DNA of 64,000 nt from Lama guanicoe (Eukaryota). Below, piece by piece: positions 25,180 through 38,562 of the stretch. Location: NCBI GenBank assembly GCA_013239625.1, contig MU053487.1, positions 434,001 to 498,000 of the forward strand, written 5' to 3'. Each line of letters begins with the position of its first letter. Within the stretch, counting starts at the first letter, position 1. The notes beneath the pieces were generated by a model. The model worked only from the letters and a program-made list of their open reading frames with translations. It was not told the origin of the DNA and made no database searches. A program made the translations under genes and the position numbers.

Positions 25180-26915
25180 AAAATAGACAATTTTTTAGAG
25201 CAGTTTTAGATTCACAACAAAACTGAGCAGAAAAGGTACAGAGATTTCCCATAGACCCCTGGCCTCCACACACACACACAGCTTCCCCTACTATCAACAT
25301 CCCCCACTAGAGTTGTACATTGTTATCATCGATGACTCTGTCTCATTATCACTGTAATTTATGCTGGGGTTTACTCTTGGTGTTGAACATTCTATGTAAA
25401 ATGTATAATGGCACGTATCCAGCATTATAGTATGGTACGGAAGTGTCACTGCTCTAAAATTCCTGTGTGGTCTGTCTCTCAATCATCTCTTCCTTTCCCC
25501 AAACCCTGGCAACCACTGATCTTTTTACTGTTTCCATTGTTTTATCTTTTCCAGAATGTCATATGGTTGGAATTATACAGTATGTAGCCTTTCCGAATTG
25601 GCTTCTTTCACTCGGTAATATGCATGTAAGGTTTCTCCATGTCTTTTCATGGCTTGATAGCTCATTTCTTTTTAGTGCTGAAAACTATCTGTTGTCAGGA
25701 TGTACCATAGTTTATTATAGATTTACCTACTGAAGGACATCATGGTTGCTTCCAAGTTTTGGCGATATGGATAAAGCTGCAATAAAGGTCTGTGTGCAGC
25801 TTTTTGTGTAGACGTGCGTTTTTGATTCATTTGGGTAACAGTGGCTGGATCATACGGTAAGTGTATGTTTAGTTTCATGAGAAATCACCAGGCTGTCATG
25901 GCTGTACCATTTTGCATTCCCACCAGCAGTGAATGATAGTTCCTGTAGCTGCACATCCTTGCCAGCATTTGCTGTTGTCAGTGTTTGGGGTTTCAGGTGT
26001 GTAGTGTTATCTCGCAGTTGTTTTAGTTTGCATTTCTCTAACGACATCTGATGTGGAACATCTTTTTGTATGTTTGTTTGCCATCTGTGAGGTATCTGGT
26101 GAACTGTCTATTCAAATGTTTTGCTCATTTTAAAATCAGGTTGTTTGTTTTCTTATTGTTGAGTTTTAAGAATTCTTTGTATGCATTTCTCCCAGTATGT
26201 GACTTGTCTTCTCATCCTCTTGAGTTTCTTTCACAGAAAAGAATTTTTTAATTTTAAGTGAGTCCAACTTATCAATTATTTCTTTCACAGATCATACCTT
26301 TGTGTTGCTTGTAAAAAGCTATTACCATGCCCAAGGTCATCCATATTTCCCCCTATTTTACCTTCTAGGAGTTCTATAGTTTTGCACTTTACACTTAGTT
26401 CCATGATCCATTTTGATTTATCTTTTTGTGAAGGGTCTAAATTCTGCGTCAGATTCTGTTTTTTGCTGTTGCTGTTTTTTAGCACGTGGATGTCTGGTTG
26501 TTTGGCATCAGTTGTTGAAAAAAAAATCTTTTCTCCATTGTATTGTCTTTGCCCTTTTGTCAAAGGTCAGTTGACTATATTTACGTTTATTTCTGGGTTA
26601 CATATTCTGTTCCATTGATCTATTCATGTATTCTTTCATGTCAGTCTTCTGACTTTGGTCTTTTCATTTAATATTGTGTTGGCCATTTTGAGTCTTTTGC
26701 TTCTCCGTATAAACTTTAGAATCAGATTGTTGATATCCACAATATAACTTGCTGGGATTTTGATTGAGACTGTGTTGAATCTATAGATCAAGTTGCAATG
26801 AACTAACATCTAAACAATATTGAATCTTCCTATTGATGAACATAGACTATCTCTACATTTATTTAGTTCTTCTTTGGTTTCTTTTATCAGAGTTTTGTAG
26901 TTTTCCTCCTACAGG
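25180..26915 (-). mobile_element. Old L1M (L1MC/MD-like) 3' end and ORF2 remnant
   Basis: 'ttttagagcagttttagattcacaacaaaactgagcag...gaatctatagatcaagtt'; reverse-strand ORF2-like peptides at 25850-26563. Confidence 0.85.
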
Positions 26916-27299
26916 TCATATTGCTGATCTTTTTAAAGTATGTATATGGAAACACATACATACAAGTTACAATTTCATAATATTTAAATTTTTTTCCAAG
27001 TATTTATTTTTATGACTATACTTACATTACATATGGTAAAAAACAACCAAGCTTTTGGCCAACTTCAGGATGTTTTCAATAAACATCAATTAAGTGGTGA
27101 AAAATAAATACAAATGATACTTTTGATCAATACTGACATAGAAGAAAGAGTTCTTTGGATATAGCTCATCCCCTGTAAGAATACAGCACAATGGCCAGCA
27201 CAAGTTATACTAACACTGACAAAGCTGGTCATAATTTTGAATCTCTTTTGTGAAGACTGCATATCAGTAAAAATAAATTTTTTTAAGCCATATGATTGT

Positions 27300-27810
27300 C
27301 AAAGTTGAGAAATATAAAAATACAAAGAAGGGTTGTATTAGTCTCCTCCAAATTAAAGGAGGCTAAAGAGACATATCAAAGCATGATCCTGGATGGGACC
27401 CTGGACTGGAGGAAAAACAGCTATCAAGGTCAATATTGGGACAATGCATCAATTTTAATATGGATTAGACAACAGTATTGCAACAGTGTTTGCTTTCCTG
27501 ATTCTGATCGTTGTGTCATGCCCACGTAAGAGGATGTCCTTGTATTTTGGAAAAACACACTGAAATATTTAGAAACGGAGGGCATGATGTTTTCAACGTT
27601 CTTTCCTTTTTTTTTTTAAACTACAGTCCCTATGCTTCACATGTATATGTGTAAAAATGCACACATACATTTTTATATAGAGGGAAATAATGAGAAAGCT
27701 ACCATAGGAAAATGTAAACAAACTGGGTAAAGAGTAGCAGAACAATCTTTGTACTTGAAACTTTTCTGTAAGTTAGAAATCATAACAAAATTAAAAGTTA
27801 CCAAACCAAA
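27300..27810 (+). mobile_element. Old L1M 3' fragments
   Basis: 'atgatcctggatgggaccctggactgg...aaacttttctgtaagttagaaat'. Confidence 0.65.
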
Positions 27811-28199
27811 AAAAACTTTTAAAGTAAGTCCAAAAAGTTTAAAAATCATGCATTTGACATATTTTCCTGACTTTAATAATTTAGACTTTTTAAAGCCCAT
27901 CCAATAGCCACTGATAGTCTATTTGGCTTAAAAATGTAAACATAAGGGAAAAACAGTTTAAAATACCACCTAACGCTTTAGTAATACATAGCTGCTAAAT
28001 GAAAACATAAAACTGAAGAGAAATAGACTTCATCTTGGATTCTTGTAATCTTTTGTTTCACTATTCGTGAAGTTAACTCTGATGGAAAGATGATAGTGCA
28101 CATAAGTAGATTTTTCTTCAGTGAAAGAGACTTGGGAAAGATGATGTAACACTGTCTTCATGAGAAATGGGAAGTATTTAGAGGAAAAGGGGCATGACG

Positions 28200-28313
28200 C
28201 GTGGGAGGGTATAACTCAGTAGTAGAGTGGGTGCTTAGCATGCTCTAGGTCCTAGGTTCAATCCCCAGTCCCTCCTTTAAAACAAATAAATAAACTTAAT
28301 TACCCCCTCCCCC
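28200..28313 (+). mobile_element. tRNA-Ala-derived SINE (Vic-1-like) inserted in an L1M fragment
   Basis: SINE body; TSD aaaaggggcat at 28185-28195 and 28314-28324. Confidence 0.9.
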
Positions 28314-29817
28314 AAAAGGGGCATAACATCAGCAATTTACTCTCAAATGGTTCTGAAAGTAATACTATGAGAGAGAGGCTAATAAAGTATAAGTGGCATA
28401 AGGTTAACAGATGGTAGTTGAGATGAAGAGGGTATGGGAGTTCTCTGTATCATTTTTTTTTTCTCTTTTATCAGTTGCAATTTTTTTGTAAGTTGGAAAT
28501 TATTTAAAAAAAAAGATCACAGAAAAAAAAAATCCAAACATATATTAGGTGCTATCAGGTGGTCCTCTTCGCAGCCCTTATTCTGTAGTGCCAGAACAAA
28601 TTCCACATCACACCATCTGCTTTCTGAGGCAGCTGTCCACACAGGCAAATGTCTAGATCCAGCCCAGTTTGCACTGCATCTTTCTGAAGCTTGCATCTCA
28701 AGCCCTGTGGCCTCCTACCAGTGAGCCTGACTCAGGCTAGCCCGTCACTGCACTGAGAAACTCTGTGGGGACTGGTCAGACTGGTTAAGGGACTTCTGGC
28801 CGTGTATCGTTAGGCAGATGAGAAGCACCAATAGGCCCATTTAAAAATAAATGCTGTTTAGTGGAAGCTCTAAAAACAAAATAAAACAATCCAAAATGTA
28901 CTCTGCTTCAAAGACAGAAGACTCGTCTGAGCTTTTCTGCTTGCTGTTAGATTCTGAGCAGCTGAGAGCACTGATCCTTGCAACCGAAGTCTGCAGCCTG
29001 GCTGATGTGAAGCACTGTGGCTGCCCCACACCCCAGTCTCTGTGATTACAGATTTTATTTCCATGACTTCGTTCAGTATAAAATCAAGGTCAAGGAGCAT
29101 ATTGTTCCCCACAAAGACAGTGATTAAAGCAGTCTGTGGGCTGACATTCAGTCTAACCTTTTTATTTGCATATCCTTTCTTGCTGCCTACATAGCGGCTG
29201 TGCCATCATTACTGCTATGAAAGCACATTTTCCAGACTCTCGATATTATTATAAATGTTAGGTAATGTTCATTAGAAGGAGAATTTATTTTATTGGAATT
29301 AGGATATTTAATATATTACAAATGGGAAAGCTAATAAGTTAAGTATGTAACTGGTACTTAATAGAGGATTTGAAGGAAGATGTGCATTCATATGGTTAAG
29401 TATGTTTGGGAATGTTGGGCACAAAATATTTTTTAAGTGATTTAGTGAAAAAATAATTGAAAAAATAATGCATTGAATCAGTAGAATTAGATGAATATGT
29501 TATGATCAGCAGGGGGACAGGCATTGATAATAAGGGAGAGGTAGTTCAGTTCCTGCACTTTTTTAGACAAAAAATGAAGTAAGACAAGAGCTGAGGTTTT
29601 ACCAAGGGGAACAGAGGTCTTGACTGAGAACAGATTGCGTGTACACTGAGGACCTCTGTCTATGCTAATTACATTATAATGAGCAAAACCACATGAAAAT
29701 AACCGTAAGCTGTATACAAGAGCCGATGGGACTGTTAGGAGGTCTACTGGCGTTAACAGTTGGAAGGAGTTTCAGGAAAAGATAAAAAATTAACTTCCCT
29801 GGGGGAAGAGCATTGAT

Positions 29818-29853
29818 TTTATTTATTTATTTATTTATTTATTTATTTTATTT
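29818..29853. repeat. (ATTT)n microsatellite
   Basis: Read directly. Confidence 0.85.
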
Positions 29854-31279
29854 AACTTTACTTCATCAGTCTTATCTGAGTCATAAGGAGAAAAGGGGTT
29901 CTTCTCAATAAGCCCGTTTCCCAGAACACAAAAGGATGTGTGTGGGCGTAGGGAGCATGGGGGTGATTTTCCTAACTCTCCTTGATTTCCAGGAGCTCAG
30001 ATAAAGTTCAGAATTGGTAGCGTCTTTGGGGCAATTTCATCCCCTGTCTAAGCCCCCGTCACTTCACTCTCAAAATGAGACTTCTAGGTGAAGAATTCTG
30101 ACACCCCAATTCTTTTGCAGCCTGCCCTAGGGCACTCGAGAGCCCAGAAATAGCTCAGAAGCTCGTGGTCCCAGAGCAGGGAAGAAACTGAAGAGCGGGG
30201 CAGGGAGCTGGGAAATCAACAAAGGGGAGGGGAGTAGCATTACTATGAATGTCTCCCAAGTACTCCTTAGTACTAAAGTATCGATTGCAGAACCTTTTAG
30301 AGACACGGAAGTTCCTGGGGAATCAGCAAGCCCTAGTTTGCAGTGAGAACTGCGGTTCCTTGATGGGCATAGATTTTAGATAAAAGAAATACACTGTGTA
30401 ACTGTGAGTTCCTGAGTATCTTGGCCACTGCCTATCAATCATTTCTCCCGCTGGCATAGCTACAACCTGTGAAAATCAACCAAGGATCTCTGGCTGCACA
30501 CAGCCTCACCTGCCTTGTTTCCCAGTGCTGCTGCATGGAGAACACCTGGAAATGGAGACGCTCTCTCTTCTCATAGCTTTTGAGCAGTGGTTTTGAAACG
30601 CATGCGAGAGGAACCGGCCACTGTGGCTATCTCCCCACCTCCAGAGGAGGGTGGACATGAAGATGAGAGAAGCTTAAAATACAGAATGTTCTCCTGGAAC
30701 ATGGGTTTGTGATGATGAATGGAACAAGAAGTCATTGAGCACTTTTCCCTCATATATGCCAAGAGCTGACTCCTGCTCTTCATAAATAGTTCTGACCAAC
30801 TAAAGAGCTAAGAATCTGTCAGTATGCATACATTATGGAGTTTATTTTCTATGTCCAACAGTGTCATTTAATAAATAGTCTATTCTGTTAGCTCTCCAAG
30901 CCTAATGTTTGCTATTAACTTTGTTCAGTGGACATCCAAGCTTTCTAACGATAATTCAATTTACTCCTATTTTTGTTACTCAGAATGAACCTCTGAATGA
31001 TACCTTTCTAGTTTTGGTCTCCTCTCCTATGTCTGTGACAAGATCCATTAGTTAATTGTTCTGAAATTAGGCTGTTACTGCACACCTCTGCAAATATACC
31101 CCAAACCACTGAAGGGGAATCTCCCTTTCCTCAACACCTCCCCTCCCCTCAAAAAAGGTAGAGGATCAAATTTTGCCTGGGCATCTCAGAAGCAGAAGGC
31201 TGAGATTCTTTAAGAATAAGAAAAGGACCAAAACCAGTGTGGTAGTATCTGAATGTTGTTCATCATGTTTTTTTAGAAT

Positions 31280-31460
31280 AATAGTTCTCAACTTTGGCAG
31301 CACATTGGAATAACCAGAAGGGAAATTTTAACAAAACCAATGCCTCAGTCCTACCTCAAGAGATTCTGATTTACTTGGTCTGAGGTGTGGCTGGGGTTTG
31401 GAATTTTAAAAAGCTTTCCTGGTGATTCTAATGTGCAGACAAGGTTGAGATGCAGTGCTG
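31280..31460. mobile_element. MER5A-like hAT element
   Basis: 'gttctcaactttggcagcacattggaat...agagattctgatttacttggtctgaggtgtgg...ggtgattctaatgtgcagacaaggttgaga'. Confidence 0.8.
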
Positions 31461-32524
31461 TGGAGAAAAAGGAGTAGCAGGATATCTGAGTAGTTTATTA
31501 TTCCCTGGGTATCTGAAATTTCCACTTACTGCTCATTTTTAAAAGCTTAAAGTTATGCCTCGCCCAGACAAGAGATGTCGGCAAGTGCCTAGAACAGCCA
31601 AGTTATTCTTAGTGGTAGTATTTATGTTACTATTTTCATTACTAATTTTAAGCTTCCAAGAATCATATCTCAATAATTGATATATTAGATGACTTGGAGA
31701 TACAGAACAACACAGCAGAGACCATCAAAGCTATTAAGTTTCACAAAGTAAACAATCACAAAGAACTCAAAAACATCATGGCTGAGATAAACTATATCTG
31801 GTTAATGAACTTCAGCCAAAATGAGTTGTACTTTAAGAACAATCTAAAATCTGTCCTTAAGGCTGTAATGATTTTGAAGACTGTAATTGGCTTTTGGAGA
31901 AAATCATAGTTAATCCTTTATTTTAAAATTATGAATAATATGAGATATTGCTTTTCCCCAGAAACCTCAAAGTGCTTGAGAATCACAGACCAACGCTCCT
32001 GGCATCTCAACTTCAGAAACACTTGTAGTGGTTCATTGCTTCCTCGACGGTAAATTATGCCTAATGCCACACCCGTAACGACTGTATGGCTGCTTTGACA
32101 TTTTAAAATTTGATTTTTAAAAACCAAACTTTTATATGTAAAATGTGCACATTTCAGTATGTGCATTGCAGTCCAATAAAATTTTTAAATTATTCATATA
32201 AATAACGTAGAAAGTCAAATAGATCTGTAAACCTGATAGCAAGAACCAACACTCACCTACCCAACATTTTCCCAATTTTTGCTTTCCACTCCCTTAAGTA
32301 ACTTCTTACTTAGGTAGTTTTTTAATATTTACTGCCATATTTCTAAATACCAGTTTATGAGGCTCTTTCTTTATTTTTCAGAATTAAATACTAGCTACCA
32401 TCTTTTCAAAGTGGAAACTTATGATTTATTTTTCTTACACTCCCATCTTCCTCTCCTCACTTCTACTTCCTTTCATCTCACTTTCCAGATGTAATTACAT
32501 CATAATTTGTGGTTAGCTCAATAG

Positions 32525-33237
32525 TTTTTTTTAACTGAAGTATAGTCAGTTTACAATGTGTTGATTTCTGGTGTACAGCATAATGTTTCAGTCATACATA
32601 TGCACACATATTCCTTTTCATATTCTTTTTCATTATAGATAACTACAAGATATTGAATATAGTTGCCTGTGCTATACAGAATAAACCTGTTATCTATTTT
32701 ATATGTACTAGTTAATATTTGCAAATCTCAAACCCCCAATTTATCCCTTCCTATTCCCTTTCCCCCTTGGTAACCATAAGATTGTTTACTATCTCTATGA
32801 GTCTGTTTCTGTTTTGTAGATAAGTTCATTAATGCCTTTTTTTTCCTTTTTCTTTTTTTAGATTCCACATATGAGTGATATCATATGCTATTTTTCTTTC
32901 TCTTTCTGGCTTACCTCACTTAGAATGACAATCTCTAGGTCCATCCATGTTGCTGCAAATAGCCTTCTTTTATTCTTTTTTATGGCTGAGTAGTATTTCA
33001 TCATATAAACATACCACAGCTTCTTTATCCAATCATCTGTCGATGGGCATTTAGGTGGCTTTCATGACTTAACTACTGTAAATAGTGCTGTTGTGAACAC
33101 TGGGGTGCATGTATCTTTCTGAATTAGGGTTCCCTCAGGATATATGCCCAGGAGTGGGATTGCTGGATCATATAGTAAGTCTATTTTTAGTTTTTTGAGG
33201 AATCTCCATACTGTTTTCCATAATGGCCACACAAAAC
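32525..33237 (-). mobile_element. Young 5'-truncated L1 (3'UTR plus ORF2 end)
   Basis: Reverse complement of the same 3'UTR as 5269-6691; ORF2 C-terminal peptide [28 protein letters not shown]. Confidence 0.92.
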
Positions 33238-33399
33238 TGTATTTTTGGTTTATTTTATTATGGATTCTGTAACTACTGTTTACTATTGAGCCACATGGAA
33301 AACTATAATTATATTTCCTTTCTGGTGTAACTTTTTGTTTATTCAACCTACAAATATATAATTGCTTTAGTTTTTGTTTGATCGTTTAAGTAAAATTTT

Positions 33400-34420
33400 C
33401 TATACCAATCATTCATTCATTCTCAAAATCTTTGTCAGAGTGGTAAAACTCCTCCCAATGATATAAACACAGAGTGGTTTATCAACTCAATTGTTTTCTT
33501 TAAAGGCATCCTTCCTGGAGCCCTCTGTTCTGTTCTGGTCTAGGGTGGTGCCCCTCTAGGTAGGTTACACAGCAGTCTCAGGACTTCATTTCACTATAAT
33601 TTAAGGAATTCCCTTCTTCTGTCCCTGGTGTCATGCTTCTGAGACTTTCCCTTTCTTGGTTTACACTCTTGCCTTGTAAGCACACCCTCCATTGGAAGAT
33701 AAAGTATTGGACACCCAGCATCTCTGATTGTTTATTCTGTCCTCATACTTGGATGGTTCAGTTATGGAATTTAGTGCTATAAGTAATTCTTTCTTACATT
33801 TTAGAAGGCATCGCTCAAAGATCTGCTTTTTGCTGAGAAGTTTTATAACATTTTATTTACTTCAACTGTAGTGAAATTTCAGGTGAATGTGTCTTGATAC
33901 GGTTCTTTGTAATTTATTTTTCTGGGCACCCAGTTGCAATCTGGAAATTGATGTCCTTTGGTTTGGGTAAGTTTTGTCTTATTTCTTTGAAACATTTCTC
34001 ATCTATGTTGCTCTGTTTTTTTTTTCTTTCTGGAACTCTTATTTGTTAGATGTCAGACTTCCTAGACTACTTGTATTTATTACTTTTCACACCTTTTTTT
34101 CCTCTTATTTTCAATACGTTTGATTTTTATTCTACTTTCTAGGAGAATTCCTCTATTTTATTTTCCAAACTATCTATTGAATAAAACATTGGTTGTCATA
34201 TTTTTATTTCCAAAAAATCTTTCTAATTCTCCTACTGACTTTTAAGAAATGTGTTCTTGTATGATAGATGTAACACCTTCTGTTATCTCTCTAAAAGTTC
34301 TTACAGATTTTTTTCCTGTTTCCTGCATATTCTATTTACTTTAACTTCCTTTTTCTCATCTCTGTCTTTCATGATAGACTGCTTCCTTAAATGTTTATTT
34401 AGTAAGAGGATGACAAAAAT
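33400..34420 (-). mobile_element. Very old L1ME-like fragments
   Basis: T-rich degenerate reverse L1 ORF1/5' motifs ('tttctggaactcttatttgttagatgtcagacttcctagact'). Confidence 0.5.
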
Positions 34421-34595
34421 CTATTAGAAGTTTTATGAAGCTTTGTATGTGTGAGTCAGATCACCAGGGAGTTATCAGGCAAGAACATGGATATTTGATT
34501 GGTGTGTCACCAAATGTCAGGATCTGTAGGTTTTTTCCTCTTGACCTGGTCAGTTTTCCCAGAGAGTAATCCTTCACTCTCCTGCCTAGAATGCA

Positions 34596-35035
34596 GTTAT
34601 GGGTTGAATTGTGTTCCCCAAAAGTACATGTTGAAGTCTTCACCTCTAGTATCTCAGAATGTGACCTTATTTGGAAATAGCGTTGATGCCGATGTAATTC
34701 ATTAAGATGAGATCATACTGGAGTAGGGTGAGCCCTTAATCCAATATGATGGTGTCTTTATAGGAAGAAGAGACAAAGCAACACACACACACAAACAGGG
34801 AGAGAACCAACATGTGAGGATATAGGCAGAGATTGGAGTGATGCATCTGTGCACCAAGGAATATCTCAGGTTACCAGAAGCTGGAAGAGACAAGGCAGAA
34901 TCCTAGAAGCTTCAGAGAGAGCATGGCCCTGCTGACACCTTGATTTTGAACTTTAAGCTTCCAAACTGCTGGATAATAAATGTTTTAATCCAGCTAGTTT
35001 GTACTTTGCTCCAACAGCTCTAGGAAACTAATACA
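34596..35035 (+). mobile_element. MaLR LTR (MLT1B/C-like)
   Basis: 'ttatgggttgaattgtgttccccaaaag...gtgaccttatttggaaatag...taggaaactaataca'. Confidence 0.88.
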
Positions 35036-35674
35036 GATGCAAAAGCCTGGTTTTCAAGAATCAGCAGGGAAAGGATGCTAGAGGCTTTCCCCACTCAGTA
35101 TCTAGACTATTATTTATTCCCCCTCTTCTTACTGTGGCACCTTATCCCTGCCATCAGCTCTGAGCAACAGACCCTCTGTGGTTCAGTTTTTCCAGTGTCT
35201 AATCCTCAAATTATGCTATAATGGGGGAAGGACAGCCTACTGGTGGTTCAGGGTGGGGGAAGCAACCTTCTCTTGTGGTGTTTTAACTGCTCCTCATACA
35301 GACTGTCAACCAGTCTTCCACCCTCTCATCCTACCTTTGTAAGTACTTGGTCCTTCTGAGTTCAAGTCTTTTCTGAGGCTTTTGCCCTTCAACTAAGTTT
35401 GTTCTAAACTGCTTCCCCCACAACTGAAAGATAAGAAGGCTTTCAGCTTTTTCAAGGCTCTTAAGTCAGTTTTAACTCCTTTGCCTGCTTTTTTGGCTGT
35501 CAATATTTTGGCTTTTACTTTTTTATTCTTATGGGTCTATATCATTTTTTAAAATGATATGATAATTTTGGTGAGGATTCAGGAAAGAGCAGAGAAATGG
35601 ACATGCTCAATCAAGCACGTTTAGCTGAAAATCCAATCACATGACTTGAAGTGGGTCTAGTTGCCAGCTGGGTT

Positions 35675-35855
35675 AAAAACAGAAGAGAACCTGCTCAACT
35701 CGATAAAAGGCATTTATGAAAAACCTACAGCTAACATAGTATTTAATGGCAAAAGACTGAACGCTTTCCCCCTAAGATCAGGAATGAAACAAATACATTT
35801 ACTCTCACCACTTTTACTCAGTCTTGTACTGGAGGTGCTAGCCAGTGCCATCAGG
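35675..35855 (+). mobile_element. L1 ORF2 (reverse transcriptase) fragment
   Basis: Peptide [51 protein letters not shown] is the classical L1 RT segment. Confidence 0.9.
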
Positions 35856-35859
35856 TACG

Positions 35860-35974
35860 TTTTGATTTTTGGAACTTTCTGGAAAATAGTTGTTTTCTTC
35901 CTATTTTAAGATTGGTTGAATCTATGGATGTGGAACCTATAGACACAGAACCTGTGGATACAGAGGGCCAACTG
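35860..35974. mobile_element. Tigger-family (TcMar) terminal fragment
   Basis: 'ggttgaatctatggatgtggaacc...gtggatacagagggccaactg' is a Tigger-type terminal inverted repeat end. Confidence 0.75.
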
Positions 35975-37803
35975 CAGTTAATTGTATGTCAAGTGTACCT
36001 CAATAAAGCTGTTAAAAATTCAACTCCAGTCATTTTGGTGGGGTTCCTGGGTGGAGCAGAGAAATAGATGTGGTTGGAACACCATGTTTAACTCAAATCC
36101 AATCACACATCTTTGTAAAGAATCCTGTTCCCATTTCAAAAACTTTTTTTTTTGCTTGCTCTATTTCTTTCTATCACTCATTAATACTTCCATTCATTTA
36201 AGCCTCATCTTGTTCCCAACCCAGCCAAGCTCTAGGTTGGGTACTAGGGATGAGCTCCAACGCAATGAATTACCAAAGGTGGCTGGAATGTTATTGCCTG
36301 AGGATTAACTCCATAGTTAAATCAGGTAAAGATCTGTCCCTGGAGCAAGAGAATAGACCAAACAATGTTTCAGGGTCTTTTCTTTTCAATAAATTCATTA
36401 AGTAGTCATGTTATAAATGGTTATTATTAAAAATCAAGGAGGCAAGTAAATTAGATAGGGTGTCTTGGTATTTGTGGGTTCATATATGCTGTCTCTCCTC
36501 ACCCCTTAGTCCAACACTTATCCAAGTCCTAATATCTGAAAGACACCTTGACTCTACAGGCTGCTGGGATGGGTGGAGTGAGCATGAATGATGTACACAT
36601 GTAAGGTATGCCCAGTACATGTATGGACACGTCAGAGGCACACCTATACCATGATTAGAAGATCTAGATTGAAATTCTTTTCCCCAGAACTGCTTTAATC
36701 ATGCATTACTTCTTTTTATAACAGGAGCCCCTGGTTTTACCAGTTATATTTTCCTTATAACCCCAGTAGACAAATAATGTTTTTAATTTTGAAAGTTTTT
36801 GTTCTCACAGTGAATGGGAAAGTCCCAAAATGATCAGGAATTTTTCCTAAGTGTAATTCAGAAACAGAAACTACCAGATCTCAAAAATCTTTAAAATAGA
36901 AATCAGAAGGCTCAAGTCAGGAATAGCAACTTACAAATGAAGTAAAGCAATTTACTAAATTGTTACAGGAAGGAAAAGGATGAAAAGTGGGGAAAATGAG
37001 CCCCTTGAGGGTAGTGTCCATGTTTTATTACCTCTGTACTCATTCTGCAGAGCACAGTAGGTAGACATCTGTTGGGCATCTATCACTTTGGGTGTAATTT
37101 GCATTCTTTTCCTCTTACTCTGATACCAAACTGCCTGGAAGTCATAGCATGTGGATCTGGTAAGATTCTGTGTTCACTCACCTACTAGGCCTGGCCACTC
37201 ATTTCCCTGGGAACAGTAATTTAGTTAGATGAACAGTTAGACGAACTAATCTGGGTCAATTACAGTTTTCCCTAAGGCTTTTCTTGCTTGTTTGTTGGAG
37301 AGATTTTTCTGAGATACAGACACAGTCTTTGATTGTAAGAGAGAAACATGAGGCCCCGAATCCAGCTGTGGCTGAAGGCAGCTGCAATCCTTTTCTGTTT
37401 GAGCTAACTTGAGTTGGGTTTCTGTTGCTCATAACCAAAAAAATTCCAACTCATGCAATCATAACAATTTGATGACACTTTCTACAATATGATTTTTAAA
37501 ATAAATATAAAGGTCAACTGTCTTCTAACTCAAATGAGAACAAAATACAAGCAAATAAAATTTAACTACACGTTGGGAGAGGATGGTTTGCAAGCAGGAA
37601 AAATGTTCAAATGGTAAAATGTTTTAGACAACCAAGAGAGGTAGTGAGGGAGACTACAAACTTCTTTTACAAATTTTTAGAAATGGTCTCTCATCAAAAG
37701 TGGTTTAGCTACCTAGACATGAATAATAAGCGATGTCTTAAGATCTCTGACTATGCAGCTATACCTTATGTGTCTAAGTTGCACTAAAATGAAGAATAAA
37801 ATG

Positions 37804-37973
37804 GAGAGGGGAGGGTGTAGCTTAGCGGTAGGGTGCATGCCTAGCAGACATGAGGTCCTGGGTTCAATCCCCAGTCCCTCCATTAAAACAAACAAACAAA
37901 CAAACAAACCTGATTACCTCCCCCCACCAAAAATAAATAGATAAACAAATAAAAATCAAAACTATTTATAAAA
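37804..37973 (+). mobile_element. tRNA-Ala-derived SINE (Vic-1-like)
   Basis: SINE body plus (AAAC)n; TSD aagaataaaatg at 37792-37803 and 37974-37985. Confidence 0.92.
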
Positions 37974-38562
37974 AAGAATAAAATGAAGCTACATTCCCTG
38001 GAGTATCCTAATTAGAATGAGTTTGAGCCACTATCTACCCACTGAGGTACCTAGTCTCTCTGCTCATATATGCCCTGTCTTTTCTCAGAGTTCCCCAGGT
38101 AGTTTCTCACTGCTGGTGACAAAATGACTCTCATTCTTTTGTTCCTGTCTTCTCAGCTTCCTTGGCTGTCTGGAGTCTTCAAGAGGAATCCAGGCTCAAG
38201 GAGCAATGCTGTCTCCTGAATCCCCAACTGCCTGTCTGAACTTCCAAAGCCTTGTGAGCTGTCACGTGAGGGTGGGGAGAATGACTTCCCTGCAGGTGCT
38301 TATCACACATGGACAGCCGGGTTCTGAAGTAGCACTAAAGTCTCAGGGTCGGTCATGAAAACAGGTTGAGCCGTAAGTTCAAATATGGCCACATACACCT
38401 ACACACATGAACACTGCTCTTTAGGTACAGAACACAACAGCTTTTCTAAAGTAAATACAGAGTCTCTCCACCTACAGCAGCACAGATAAATTTTATCTTT
38501 GTTGTACTGAGCACCATAGTAACATAGAGCCATTCACATCTCCATTTCAAAAGAAGCTGTTT

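Noticed and set aside
31652..31909. 85-codon open frame with protein-like composition (IIDILDDLEIQNNTAETIKAIKF...)
   Set aside because: No recognisable homology, ATG context or exon pair; this length is expected by chance in 64 kb over six frames. A tBLASTn/BLASTp hit would be needed.
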